Assembly: GCF_964355755.1 (NCBI RefSeq)
Contig: NC_092676.1
Span: 2,671,788-2,735,787, forward strand
Direction of reading: 5' to 3'
Length of the DNA: 64,000 nucleotides
Source: Antedon mediterranea
Lineage: Eukaryota; Animalia; Echinodermata
Shown: in pieces, positions 50,919 through 62,880 of the stretch
Layout of the letters: each line of letters begins with the position of its first letter
Position numbering within the stretch: position 1 is the stretch's first letter
Position numbers and translations under genes: made by a program
The notes under the pieces: generated by a model
The model's input: the letters and a program-made list of their open reading frames with translations, nothing else
Database searches by the model: none
What the model was told of the DNA's origin: nothing

Positions 50919-53900
50919 GTAAATATGCACATACATCATTTTCTAACTTGAATATAATTTCTATTCAGATAGGTTGATCCCTTGAACTTTTAAGAAATCT
51001 TTTTTTCAGGGTCACGAAAGAAAAAAGCAGTGTTCTGAGATGAAATTTTAATTATTAACGAGTTTGAAATAAGAGACAACACTTTTATGGAGTTAGTAAT
51101 AGTGACAGATGGCGTGTTTTGTTCTGAAACTGCAATAGGAAATGCACGATAAACGCTAACAATAATGATTTATTTTTATATGCAGTTTTATATTTATTAA
51201 TAAGTAATTACCTCACAAAATCCTAATCAATATTTCCACGAGGTAAATGCTTTAAAGCGTCTCGTCAATTACGATTTTGACCTTTGAACTGGCAATATTA
51301 ATGGTAATTGCTGTTAGTGTTATAAAATGTATATTACAGTACATCTAATTATGTTTGATTTTTCACTTACAGATAAACTTACTCTAAATTATATAATATT
51401 TCATGTTACAAAAATAACATATTAGCTATATTCTGTTCCAATAACTATGTCTCATAATTTATATGAAGTACAGTTGCAAATATATGTAAAACGATATTGC
51501 ATATTGATATACACTAGTATTTGACTACACAGTAATATATCAAAAAAATAAATCAGTACCAAAAAATGATTTTTGTAATAGCCAATCAATTAAAAATATT
51601 CTTAAACATATTATAATCATTTAAATTAATTCTGTATGATTTGTGGAAAATGATATTCCATTTTAGAAAAAATTTCAATTAAAAAATAAATTTATTTTGT
51701 TTTTAAAAAACAATGTAAAACTTCTGTTAACTTATTTATCCTAGTGAAAAGTTTGATTCCCTTACACTTTTCCAAGTACGCATAATTACACAATCTCTAC
51801 ACCTACATTTCTAAATAAAGTTTTAAATAAATTAGTACAAAACACCTATTTATACTACCTAAAACCTCCTTTTAGATGTGACTTGGCAAAACTCCATCAA
51901 CATGAAATGGGAAGAAATAAAAAATATATTTTATCAATGTCAATGTAATAAAATTATTACTTTAATTATACTAATTTTTCAATTTAATATTTCATAATTC
52001 GTTAAACAAAGTATTTTTTGTTGAAATTTCTATATTATGTACTTTAAAGATTTAAAAAAAATATATCTTAAAATGGGTCGCTATAATAAAATTATTAGAA
52101 AGAAATAAAAGATTATAATATTTAAAAAATTTATTTTAAAAAATGTCAATATAATAAAATTATTACTTTAAAAACAAATTGTATTAATTTTTAAATTCAA
52201 TATTTCACAATTCGTTCACCAAAGCATTTTTTGTCGAAATTGCTGTAGTACTTTAAAGAGATGCAAATTTGAACCGGACGAAAGAATTTGTCCTGAATGT
52301 TGGCAAATGTTTAAGACGTGATCAATTTCACAGTAAATACTTTCATGTCAAGTCTCTCGTTGGCAAATCAACATTATTACACAGCTATTGTATAAATTGA
52401 TTCAATTCCATTCTGTACGACGCATCTACATACACCAAAAATAGTTTAACATAAGCTTTCAATTCTCTTTGAATTATTGTTTCATTAGACGTTAATTGTT
52501 ATAACTGTATTTATCCCTTTGTTGGATTTTTAAAACCTACCAGTGAAATCAATAAAGGATTCGAGAAAAGAAATTCTGTTTCAGTTACCGGGGGAGTGAA
52601 TCGTTGATATGTTGCACATGTTTCATTACAACACGCATCACGAACATGTGTTTAACGAGACTGACGCAGTAAACGAATCACTTTCTCCAACATCTGAAAT
52701 CGTTTACGCGTTGATTTCCCAAGTTTGTCCCAAGTACATGACTTGGTTATAACCTATTGTTTTTGACCACTATAAGCCCGAGAATTATCAGAAGGCCATT
52801 TTCATAGAATTCCCTTTGAAGATATAGGTAAATGTGTGACTATGTATAAATGTTATTTCAAAGAATTACATGTGATTTTAAATTAAAACCAAAGTACATT
52901 CAGTGAAACAAACACACAAAAGTATACTTATTCAATAATTTAAAATATATTAAAATATACCTTATACAGAGTTATAAGAAAGATTTAAGAAAATAATAGC
53001 ATAAACAAATAATAAAAATATATTTAAAAAGAAAAAAAAAACATATTAATCAAAGAAAATTGAAACTTTTTTATTTTTATAATATTTAATAATAAAATAT
53101 ATAAAAGTAATTTGTTTATCAAATAAAATTAATACTTTTTTTATTTTAATAATATTTAATAATATTAACCATATGAATGTTTAAGTTTATTAGTAAGATT
53201 TATAAATTTTTTTAAAAATTGATGATTATGGAATATTTGAAATATATTAATGATTTTTTTTTTAAATAGTCAAAAAATTAAATGAAATCCAGAATTATAC
53301 AACGGATTATATTAATAAAGTCGACCCAGGCACTGCCTATCGGATGGACTACGCCACAAGTGCAGACTTGTTTGTTAAACCCTAGCTTGAAATTAAGTGC
53401 TTTATTTCACTAAAACCTAATTATTCATTTCCTATATTAGTTGGCTAAAATTGCCCAAAAAAGAACCTGTACCAATATTGTCGCCATTAATTGGAACGCC
53501 GGGGCGCTTCCTCTCGAAGAATACGCTGTAATTGACCTTGACACTCGAGGTTCACAGATAGATCTTTAAGCTACTTTCTATTTTTCCATTACGCAAATAA
53601 CTTGCCAACTATTATGATATTTTAATTAAATTGTGAAAGAACACCGAGTAATCAGTGAATTACTATTTATATTAGAATGGTTTAATTTTTTATTCATAAT
53701 ATTTTTATTTTATTCGCCTGTAATCTGTGTTGGGTAACAACGCACTCTAAAATATTACTCTATGTATCAGAATTTAATCAATTAATGAATTCATATTTAT
53801 TATCAGATTAAAGTCTATAGATATTTATAACAAATATTTATTTTATTTTACATTGTATTGTTTATTTTAATATATTTCTCTAGCTAATTTTAACCAAAAC

Positions 53901-56900
53901 AATTTTAAGTATTTTTTGCTTTACATTACTTTTTTTTTATATCAAGTTTTTGGTCAAAGTGAATAACTATTTACGTGACACTAAAATGGCATATACAAAT
54001 TTGTTGTTGTTTGTTTGTTGAAAAATTTGTTTAAGGGGACAATATATCTTTAATATTATATTGTGAGCAAATAGTAATAATACTTATAATATTTGATTTT
54101 TGTTTTTTTAGGTTCGCCTCCTGATCCATCTTATTATCAAGATGTGATAACGGGTGAGAAGGAGAAGATAGCGTTAGAAGCTCTGTCAAGTCATCTCCCA
54201 ACTCATCCGTTAGGAATTGGTGAACCATCAGTTACCTCAAGTACAAATGATGTACGTCAGCAAATCTTGCAGGTTGGTGTTTGCAAACTCGTAGTACAGA
54301 TTGTGAAGCTCTGTCTACACTATCAAACTTTATGTGACAAAAAAATATGATGTACTCATAATATATGGACACGATGACATATCACTGCTATATTTGGACA
54401 CGTCACACTTTTTTTGTCAAACTGGTTTGATAGACAATTATTTGTGCTGAATTAACTACCTTGTCTGAACCACTATCAAACTTTATGTGACAAAAAAATA
54501 ATAATAATAAAAATAAATACTTTATTTAAACACGGAGAACTTGATCACCAAAAGGTGTTTTTCGTCAAGGGTGTGCAAGGCCATAAAATATTCTTATAAC
54601 TAACAACAAGGTATTCAGTGTGATATTATATAATGTGATGTGCCCATGTATGGACATGATGATGTCATATCATTACCATATTTGGGAATATCACTACCAT
54701 ATTTGGGCACATCACATTTTTTTGTCAAAGATTACAGGGTAGATTTTTCTTTAGGAAAACATACAGTAGGCATAACATAATTCTACAAACTTCCTTAACT
54801 AAAAGAAAAATATTGGATCAATTTTAAATACAAAGTTTTTCTGTAATAATAATTTCCAAAGAGGTTGGCTCGCATATTTGACACAAAACAATCCACTCCT
54901 TTGTAGTGGCAAGAATGAACTAGAACATTTATAAACATACAAAATCTTTGACATGTGGCCGAATTCACAAATCACACTTGAGTGAGATATTGCATTCACT
55001 TAAGTTGATAAATGTTCACATAAGTATTGGAGAATTTTTAAATTGTAAATGGCGTTCCTCTTTACGAAAGTCAATCCTCATTAGTTACCAATATTTTTAT
55101 TAATTCTTAAAAAACAAACAAATAATGAACAACAATTATAAAATTCAAATATTTTTATATAAATATTTAAAACTGCTACTCATGAAATCTGTTGGAAAAA
55201 GTTCAGAATATTTTCTGCACCTGTTGTATACCAGTGATAATCTTTATATAAATATTGTAAAAGTATTTATGTGGTTGTTGGTATAATGTTGAGGAATGTG
55301 TATATATGATCTTTGTTTCCTCCACCTGTTGTCTTAAATACATACGGCTTTGAATTCTTCTTAAAATCTAGTTTAGGCTTTATAAATGTCGGCTTATTTA
55401 CCTTGAATCTCTAGACAACGCAAGTAAAAGACAACATGGCCTTTTTGTTATTACGTGCCAATGTTTAAAACTTGCCACATTATTTTGCCAAAAAATGTAA
55501 CTTAATTGTTAAAATTAATGTTAAAAAAACCGGCATAGTATCAACATACAATACAACATATATGACATTAACAATAGAAAATGCTTGGCAGCTTGACCAA
55601 AATATGTCTCTATAAAGTGAGCCAGCTACTCCTTGAATAAACGGGTACATGTGATTAGCACAGTAACATTGTTGGATGTATGTAACTTACATAGATTCAG
55701 CTTCGTCACTTTCTGTTATTTTTTAAACCGAGCCAACCATGCTTTTTATATTCCATTAGATATATATACTTTTTAGCTCTAAAACATAATACATTTCGTT
55801 CCGCATGTTATTTCATACCTCAAATATTTCCTTTGGAGTTCAGAGATGATTATAAATAGGATGAAATTGGAATGTGTTTAAGCCTGGGGTTCATATCTAG
55901 CTTGAAAACATCTAAAGTACGATTATAATACCAAATATTGTCACATGATTTTGTATGATTTATATGGTCCTCTTAACACTCCCTTGTCTGGCGTTGAGCA
56001 GCGTGTTGGGAGGTGTGTTCTCCATGACCTAGTTTGCGTGGCTGTAACAACAATAGTCACCTGTGTTCTTTAACAGGGCGAGATTTTACAGGAATGCATT
56101 TAAAATCAAACTTTTACCTTCTGGTATATGATCACAGGTGGAAATTCCATTTACCAATTAAATATACAATTTTATTTCCGGTGGGAACATCATATTCTTT
56201 CCTGCAGGCTTACCCCAATAGTAAGTTTTCTTAAGCTTTGAAATTGATAGGATTTTTTTTTAATAAACATTTTTAAACAATGAGAGCTACTCTAGCTTTA
56301 AGGAACAGTTTTAGGAATTTGAAGAATAATGTTACAAAATTTGAAATTGTTATATCAGAACCAATTCAAATGATAATTCTATATTCTCTATTATCAAAGT
56401 ATAACCCCTAATGAGAGACCTTCAGGGCCCTGCATAGGGGTTGGATGTAGTGTCAAAACATATATTGTATCTCGTTCACTTCAGTATTCCCTTAATAGAG
56501 GTGTCCTTTAAATAGTGGTTGGCTGTAGTGTTAAAATATATTGCCCCTTGTTTCACAGAAATGTTTCTTTTTAATAGGAGTGTCCCTTTAATAGGAAATA
56601 TCTCTTTAATAGGGGTGTTCATTGAATAGGGTGTCCCTTTAATAGGGATATCCATTGAATAGGGGTGTCCATTGAAAGAGTGCCCTTTAATAGGGTGTCC
56701 CTTTAATAAGGGATGTCCCTTTAATAGGGGTGTCCCTTTAATAGGGGTGTCCATTAAATAAGGGTGTCCATTAAATAGGGGTGTCCATTGAATAGGGGTG
56801 TCCATTGAATAGTGTGTCCCTTAATAGGAGGAGTGTCCCTTTAATAAGGGATGTCCCTTTAATAGGGGTGTCCCTTTAATAGGGGTGTCCCTTTAATAGG

Positions 56901-59900
56901 GGTGTCCCTTTAATAAGGGTGTCCCTTTAATAGGGTAAATTTATAGATAATGTAATATTATTTTAACAAAACATTCAATGTGTTAACCTCTGTCTACACT
57001 ATCAAAGTAGTTTTTTTTAAAGTGTGCCAAATATGGTAGTAATATGACATCATCATTAGGCACATCACAATTTTCGCATAAAGTTTGATAGTGTAGACAG
57101 AGCTTTAGGTTTGGATTGGAAAAAAAAAACTGTATTCCTGTGATTTTAATAGAACATCATATTATACATTTTGAAGTGTATAAGTGTATATAAGGCAGTT
57201 TAATTACATTGTGACCCCAGAGTAATAAGATTATTACGAGAAATGAATAGACAACTGAACTTTTAACTCCATAAACCATTCATCATTTCTAGCTCATTAG
57301 CATCTTTTATCGCAACTGTCGCCCTCATTTCTGGCGCCACCTTATTAGCATTTGGGTTATTTTTAAATGGGAGTATCTATCCACTTGTCTTTGAAGATTT
57401 TAAAAACCGTGGAGCGAGTTCAAATAAGTTGGCATTGCGTGAAAGATGAAAACCGGGAAAAGAAATTAGTTTGTACAGCTGTGGAATTTCTCACGGAATC
57501 ATTTCTGTTGTTTTCTGGTTATTATGTACTTTGCTAATACTTGTGATGTGATTTGAATTGACCCACTGCAAATTGCCTTTTACACGCTTGATTAACTCTC
57601 AAAATTAAACCGGATTCCGTGCACTGGCTTGCTTTACGCCTTCTCTTTTGTGTAAGATAGTTTATGGATAATACTATAGGAAAGATGAACTATTAATCTA
57701 GATGCTATTGTCTCTTAAAGATGTATTGTCCCCCAAAAACATGAAAAATGAAGATTAATTAAATCAGACTTTGAATAGGTTATTTTGTAGTTTTAATCAA
57801 GTTAATCACCTAAAAAAATGACAAAATAAATCCAATCCATTGGATGGCAGCCAATTTGACTATTTTTTTGGTTTAAATTGCAGTTTTTTCAGGTACATAA
57901 TTTTTTTTTCGATCCAATTTTTGGTCAAAGTGGATAACTATTATATGATATTAAAATGGCATATTAAAGAAAAATATATTCTTAATAATAACTTATCTTT
58001 TGAAAAAAAAACCATTTTTTTTTTATACAATATAATTTATTTTGAATTGAATATAATATACAAGCTTGTATTAAGCCTTGTTTACACTATCACACTTTAT
58101 GTAACAACAAAATGTGATGTGCCCATATATGGACATTATGATGTCACATCACTACCATTTTTGGGCACATCACTACCATATTTGGGAACATCACTACCAT
58201 ATTTGGGAACATCACTACCATATTTGGACACATCACACTTTTCTTGTCAAACTAGTTTAATAGTGTAGACCGAGCTTTAATAGTGTGATCGTACACATGC
58301 TGTTTATTGCAGTTACTGGCTTAGAAACTTGTGCATTGAAAAACATTACAAACATTTCAGTAAAAAATGCACTTTCTGCAAGTTACTGCAGTAGAATAAT
58401 TTAGACATGATCCATTATGAAACTTTGATATTTTTGTTTTTTGTTTTTATGGTGGCCATTTTGAAATCAAGATGGCCGCCATACCGGACGTTGGACACTT
58501 GGCACCCCCCGATATTTTGAATCTATATACATCAAAGAAACTTTGTGGAAAGTTTCATGCTTTGATAACAAAATGCACAACTTGGCTATTTTTATGGCGT
58601 TAACTGCTCTACTATAAGTAAACTTTGTTGAGATGTGTTCGTGATATTCTGCTAGATTAAGTAGTAGTAGATTTTGTAAGATCAACTTATGGATTGGGGA
58701 GATGACAATGGATTTTGTTCGATAGATGAAGGATCTTTTATAAAACTATTGGAGGATTTTAATGGAAATTAATCAGGCAAAAATGACAAGATAGAACATG
58801 GATTTAACATCGTTGTTGATGTACATTTGTTTTAAAAAAAGTGTAATCATTTTGTAGGTCGTTTATTAATACATATCAACATATATCTAGCAGAGTCAAG
58901 GTCAGATTGTGTTGTAATTTTTCCTATTTTGAAATAGAATAGAACAAAAACAGCATTATAGATATTGACAAAAATAAGCCAATGATCTGTACGTAATCAT
59001 AAAATGGATTCAATATTATGTTATGATTATTATTAATTATTAACAGAATTAAATATGTATTTATTGAGTGTATATGAAGCTTTGTTTTGCGAGAAAATGC
59101 ATTATATAAGCGGCCTATTTCCACGCTTGTCAGTCAGAAGGTTACCCCATTAATAGCAGGTTTAATTGCCTCAATGGCGTAGGCCGATATAAACACGTTT
59201 TCAACGCAGAACTATTCTGTGTATATATCCTATTGATGATTGTTTGTTTCGGTATAAAAGCAATGATGTCGTTCAGCACGTTGTGTCTCATCTTGCTTTT
59301 GGCCGATCGCTGTGACATTGTGTCGCCAGTTTTTTATAGGATCTTCCTATTCTTTGGTTTTCTTTTGTCGGTTTGTCTGTGCTGACGGCCCACACTTACT
59401 AACATATCCTTCCTTGTTTGGCAAGTGTCTACTCTATCTTTAGTTTCGTTAATAAAAACAAGATTTGGTTTAAAACAACAGTTTTTTGTTTTTTGTGTCT
59501 AAGTCTGATAATGAGTCAAAATTTGGAAAAAGAAATGATATAATTAAATGTTTTAAAAAATAATCTGTTTTACATTATATTTTTATATTACTATGTTTTG
59601 TTTTAGAAGATTATATTTTTTTTTTTTTACTATTTAGCAACTTAAAATTGAACATTTAAAATAAATAAATACTGACTCCTTTTGGATGTACTTCCACAAG
59701 AAACAAACAAGGAGCAATATATTTATTTTTATTTAATTTAATCTTATTTATAGAGGGTGACCCTAAATCAATCAAGGGGCCCTCAAATAAACATATAAAT
59801 ATATGAAAGAAACAAATAACTATACAAACATATACTTTATTTATATTTTTCTTATTGATTGTTGTTATTATATATGGCAATGTTTTAACAGTAAAATATT

Positions 59901-61625
59901 TGAAATTCTTTTATCATATTTATTTCAGTAGAAATTGAAGTATATAATTAATAATGTAATAATATGTAAATTGGATCAATTTGATAAATAAATTTCTTTA
60001 TTTGTTTTAGGATGAAAGTAATAGTAGTATTGTTATTGACCTTACCGAAGAAGACGAGCGGCCAAAGGTCGACATACAAGTAGACCCATGTAAGTTATTA
60101 TTTATTTTTTTATGTTTTTGTTTTTTTTTTAAATGTTTTTTCCAGTAAAGCTTTGTCTACACTATTAAACTTTATGTGAAAAAAATATGATGTGCCCATA
60201 TATGGACATGGTGATGTCATATCACTACCATATTTGGGCATATCACTACCATATTTGGGCATATCACATTTTTTTGTCCAACTAGTTTGATCAGTAAAAA
60301 GCTACAATATAAATTATCAAATTTATAACAAAAAAAAAATATTAATTGAAGATTTGCTGCTATTAATTACTAAGTCATATTTTTTAATATGAGAAATTTA
60401 ATATAAAAGATATTTTGAAAGAAGATGGAAATTATTAATAGACTATTAATTATTCAATTAAAGAACTAAATGGCATAATAAATTTAATAATTAATATGAT
60501 ATAAAATGACAAAAAAATGCATAATTGTTGAACAAGCTGTGTGTCCATATTTGGACATCTTAATATAGGACAACAAACGTAATCAAATGTGACAACAGAT
60601 CTAATAAAATTTGGTTGTATATTTCAGCAACAATTGCCAGGATGTATCGAGATACTCGTAAAAACGACCCAAACAAACCTCACATCAAACGGCCCATGAA
60701 TGCATTTATGGTATGGGCGAAGGAGGAACGACGCAAAATACTAGCCAGGCATCCAGACATGCATAACTCAAACATCAGTAAAATACTTGGTACGTTCTTA
60801 TGGTGTCATGTGACACTGTTGTTGATCTGCTCGCTACATTTGCAGTATTTGATTGTGATGACGATAATAATTACTGATTGATTAATTAATACGATGATTG
60901 ATAATTAAATGCCCTCCTAATTAATTATACATCAATAAATTGGTAACATTAGATTATTTTGATATTTCAAAGTAAGTACCAAAACTGGACACAACGGCTT
61001 ACGGTTTTCAACGAGTCCGGTATTTAAAGAGTTGACTGTATAATTAACTAATTAAAACAATCTATTTGTCCATTCATTAATTTATTTCATTGACATTTTT
61101 TATTGACTTAGATTGCTTTTACCAATTAGTTTAATTATTGATATTTTTTTAGGAAAGTAAAACTGATAATGATAATTTTTTTTCATAGGTACAAAATGGA
61201 AAAACATGTCTAATACAGAAAAACAACCGTATTATGAAGAGCAAGCGAGACTAAGCAAGGCGCATCTAGAGAAATACCCCGACTACAAATATAAACCACG
61301 CCCCAAACGGACGTGCATCATTGACGGAAAGAAATTAAAAATCGGAGAGTACAAAGCAATGATGCGAGCCAAACGGCACGAAGTTCGGCACGTGTTCTAC
61401 ACACGTGATGGTGAGAGGATGATCAGATTCCCGGCAACTACGGCAGCGGCAAATCAGGGTCTAGCCGGTTTGGAGAGTCCATACTCACTGCATCCACCGA
61501 CGATGGTCGATCATATTGATCGTCATCACGAGTTATTCGAACGGCATCAAGAAATGGTGGATCGACAACGAGAGATGATGGAGTCGCGTGAAATGATGGA
61601 ACCGCAAGAAATGGAAATGCAGTAA
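49733..61625 (+). CDS. SoxD: SoxD-group HMG-box transcription factor (Sox5/6/13 / Sox102F ortholog); spliced CDS join(49733..50918,54112..54272,60011..60089,60628..60789,61189..61625), 674 aa
   Basis: HMG box [38 protein letters not shown]|[55 protein letters not shown] is SoxD-diagnostic. All junctions are GT-AG with matching phases (1,0,1,1); total 2025 nt is divisible by 3; an in-frame TGA at 49727-49729 precedes the ATG. Confidence 0.93.
51936..52260. repeat. Diverged ~115 bp direct duplication in SoxD intron
   Basis: AATGTCAAT.TAATAAAATTATTACTTTAA...ATATTTCA.AATTCGTT...GTACTTTAAAGA at ~51936 and ~52142. Confidence 0.8.
54112..54272 (+). CDS. SoxD: SoxD coding exon 2 ([11 protein letters not shown]...VRQQILQ)
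   Basis: T-rich acceptor ttttttag at 54104-54111, donor CAG|GTTGGT at 54273; phase 1 in, phase 0 out; open reading frame. Confidence 0.85.
54307..54436 (+). mobile_element. Harbinger-like MITE family A
   Basis: Left TIR intact, right TIR eroded. Confidence 0.85.
54461..54730 (+). mobile_element. Harbinger-like MITE family A, interrupted by a minus-strand LINE-like tail (~54498-54632)
   Basis: MITE sequence stops in its A run and resumes at AATGTGATGTGCCCAT. Confidence 0.75.
56396..56936. repeat. Tigger/pogo-like MITE with expanded 17-18 bp minisatellite (AATAGGGGTGTCCCTTT) at ~56570-56936
   Basis: About 20 copies; the unit matches the subterminal motif of the MITEs at 405-705 and 14534-14900. 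Confidence 0.85.
56986..57104 (-). mobile_element. Harbinger-like MITE family A, internally deleted
   Basis: TIRs, TTA/TTA flanks. Confidence 0.85.
58074..58276 (+). mobile_element. Harbinger-like MITE family A with 4 internal 19-bp repeats
   Basis: TIRs, TTA/TTA flanks; ACATCACTACCATATTTGG x4. Confidence 0.9.
58389..58614. mobile_element. Academ-like non-autonomous DNA element remnant
   Basis: Right end ...AAAGTTTCATGCTTT...ACAAAATGCACAA...AACTGCTCTACTA; degenerate left end CAGTAGAATAATT; internal TGGTGGCCATTTTG/CAAGATGGCCGCCA palindrome. Confidence 0.5.
59720..59795 (-). mobile_element. LINE-like 3' tail fragment
   Basis: Minus strand GAGGGCCCC...GGGTCACCCTCTATAAATAA followed by an A-rich tail. 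Confidence 0.4.
60011..60089 (+). CDS. SoxD: SoxD coding exon 3 ([26 protein letters not shown]), not in the ORF track
   Basis: Acceptor tttgttttag 60001-60010, donor T|GTAAGT at 60090; 79 nt, phase 0 in / 1 out, which is required to link exon 2 to exon 4 in frame. Confidence 0.85.
60149..60291 (+). mobile_element. Harbinger-like MITE family A, right TIR truncated
   Basis: Left TIR and internal repeats present. Confidence 0.88.
60628..60789 (+). CDS. SoxD: SoxD coding exon 4 (N-terminal part of HMG box)
   Basis: Acceptor tttcag 60622-60627; [10 protein letters not shown]...[13 protein letters not shown]...SKILG; donor G|GTACGT at 60790. Confidence 0.95.
61189..61625 (+). CDS. SoxD: SoxD coding exon 5 (C-terminal part of HMG box and tail, stop TAA)
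   Basis: Acceptor tttttttcatag ending 61188; G|GT ACA AAA TGG restores SKILGTKWK; stop at 61623-61625. Confidence 0.93.
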
Positions 61626-62668
61626 ATCTGTGGACATTATGCAGTTGAAATCTAATCACAAGTACTGGGTGTAGGACAACGCAAGTAGTCAACAGTAGCA
61701 GGTTTTAACCACATTTTATAAAAGCTAGAGAATATTAATTAATAATTAATTAAATAAGTAGAGCATTGTTAGATAAAAAGCAAACATTTTATTACTGAAT
61801 GTATTATATACAGTTTTAACATTATGGTTAACAATTTTAACATTTATAAATTAAACAACACCACAAACACCAAGCCTAGCAATTTTTTTTTTTCTTTTAA
61901 TTTGATTTTTAATATCATATGATCATACCATATGTGGCAATACTATTTTTGATTCAGTGTTTAGAGTTTAGCAATATGCAAGTATTCTTTCCAAAAATGA
62001 GTGCCATGCCTGAGATAAAAATGTAAAAGGTTCAAGTCTGTGAAATAATCCAAGTGTTTACAATTTTACCCTGTTTGTATGATGTATCCAATTAACAGTC
62101 CAAAGTTTTAATACACGTTTTAAATACCACTAATAAATCTCCTTATATCTGTCTGTCGAAATTTATAAATAAATCTCCGCAAATTTGCAATGTTTTTTGT
62201 AAATTCTAACCTAAATATATCAAAGTAAATTACTAAAAATGGTCATTTTCAGAAACTATTGCCTTGCCTTTAATATAGTGATAACAACTTGTATTAAAAT
62301 AAATCTAGTGAACCTGGTATTTAGTGGACATGTACGACATTGAATTGTCAAATCAGTTTGTCCTCCGCCATCTTAACGATCCCATTTATTAAACAAGTAT
62401 TGTGTAATGAGGTACAACCATTCTAACTTTTTATATATAAATGATGATTTAAAAGTGACAATGTTATGCAATTATAAACAGATGAGACATGGCTTGTGAC
62501 ATTGTTTTTGAATATTGTATCCAAAACGTGATAACGCTATAGGCTCAAGGTTCTTCGTTTATTGCGCAATTTACTTTAATAATATTATTTAGACTCGTAA
62601 CCAGTCTAACGAACATGTCGCAAAGGTTGGCATTATTATATGCGAAGTGTTTTGAGTTAGACTGCTGT

Positions 62669-62880
62669 GATTATGAAAATGATCATAGTTATGCAAATGA
62701 TCCTGGTTATGCAAATGATCTAGATTATGCAAATTACCTTGATTATTATGTGATTATGGTTGTGAGTCGTTAATCTGATAGCAGTCTTATCAATTGTAGA
62801 TGATTTGAAAGGAGATATTGAAAGACATGACCTATGACATCTAGAAATGACCTATGCCATCTAAATATGACCTGTGACAT
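62669..62880. repeat. Short tandem arrays downstream of the SoxD stop: 18-bp unit with octamer ATGCAAAT and 20-bp unit with TGACCT-N-TGACAT
   Basis: ATGCAAAT at 62691, 62709, 62727; DR1-like units at 62828, 62848, 62868. Confidence 0.75.

Noticed and set aside
50919-50977. C-terminal part of the 414-aa ORF as coding (also ORF overhangs 54273-54350 and 60790-60881)
   Set aside because: Read-through into introns beyond clear GT donors; the 54-kb overhang runs into a MITE.
61438-61692. Antisense ORFs overlapping SoxD exons (also 49963-50187, 54031-54228)
   Set aside because: Shadow ORFs of the coding strand with no independent support.
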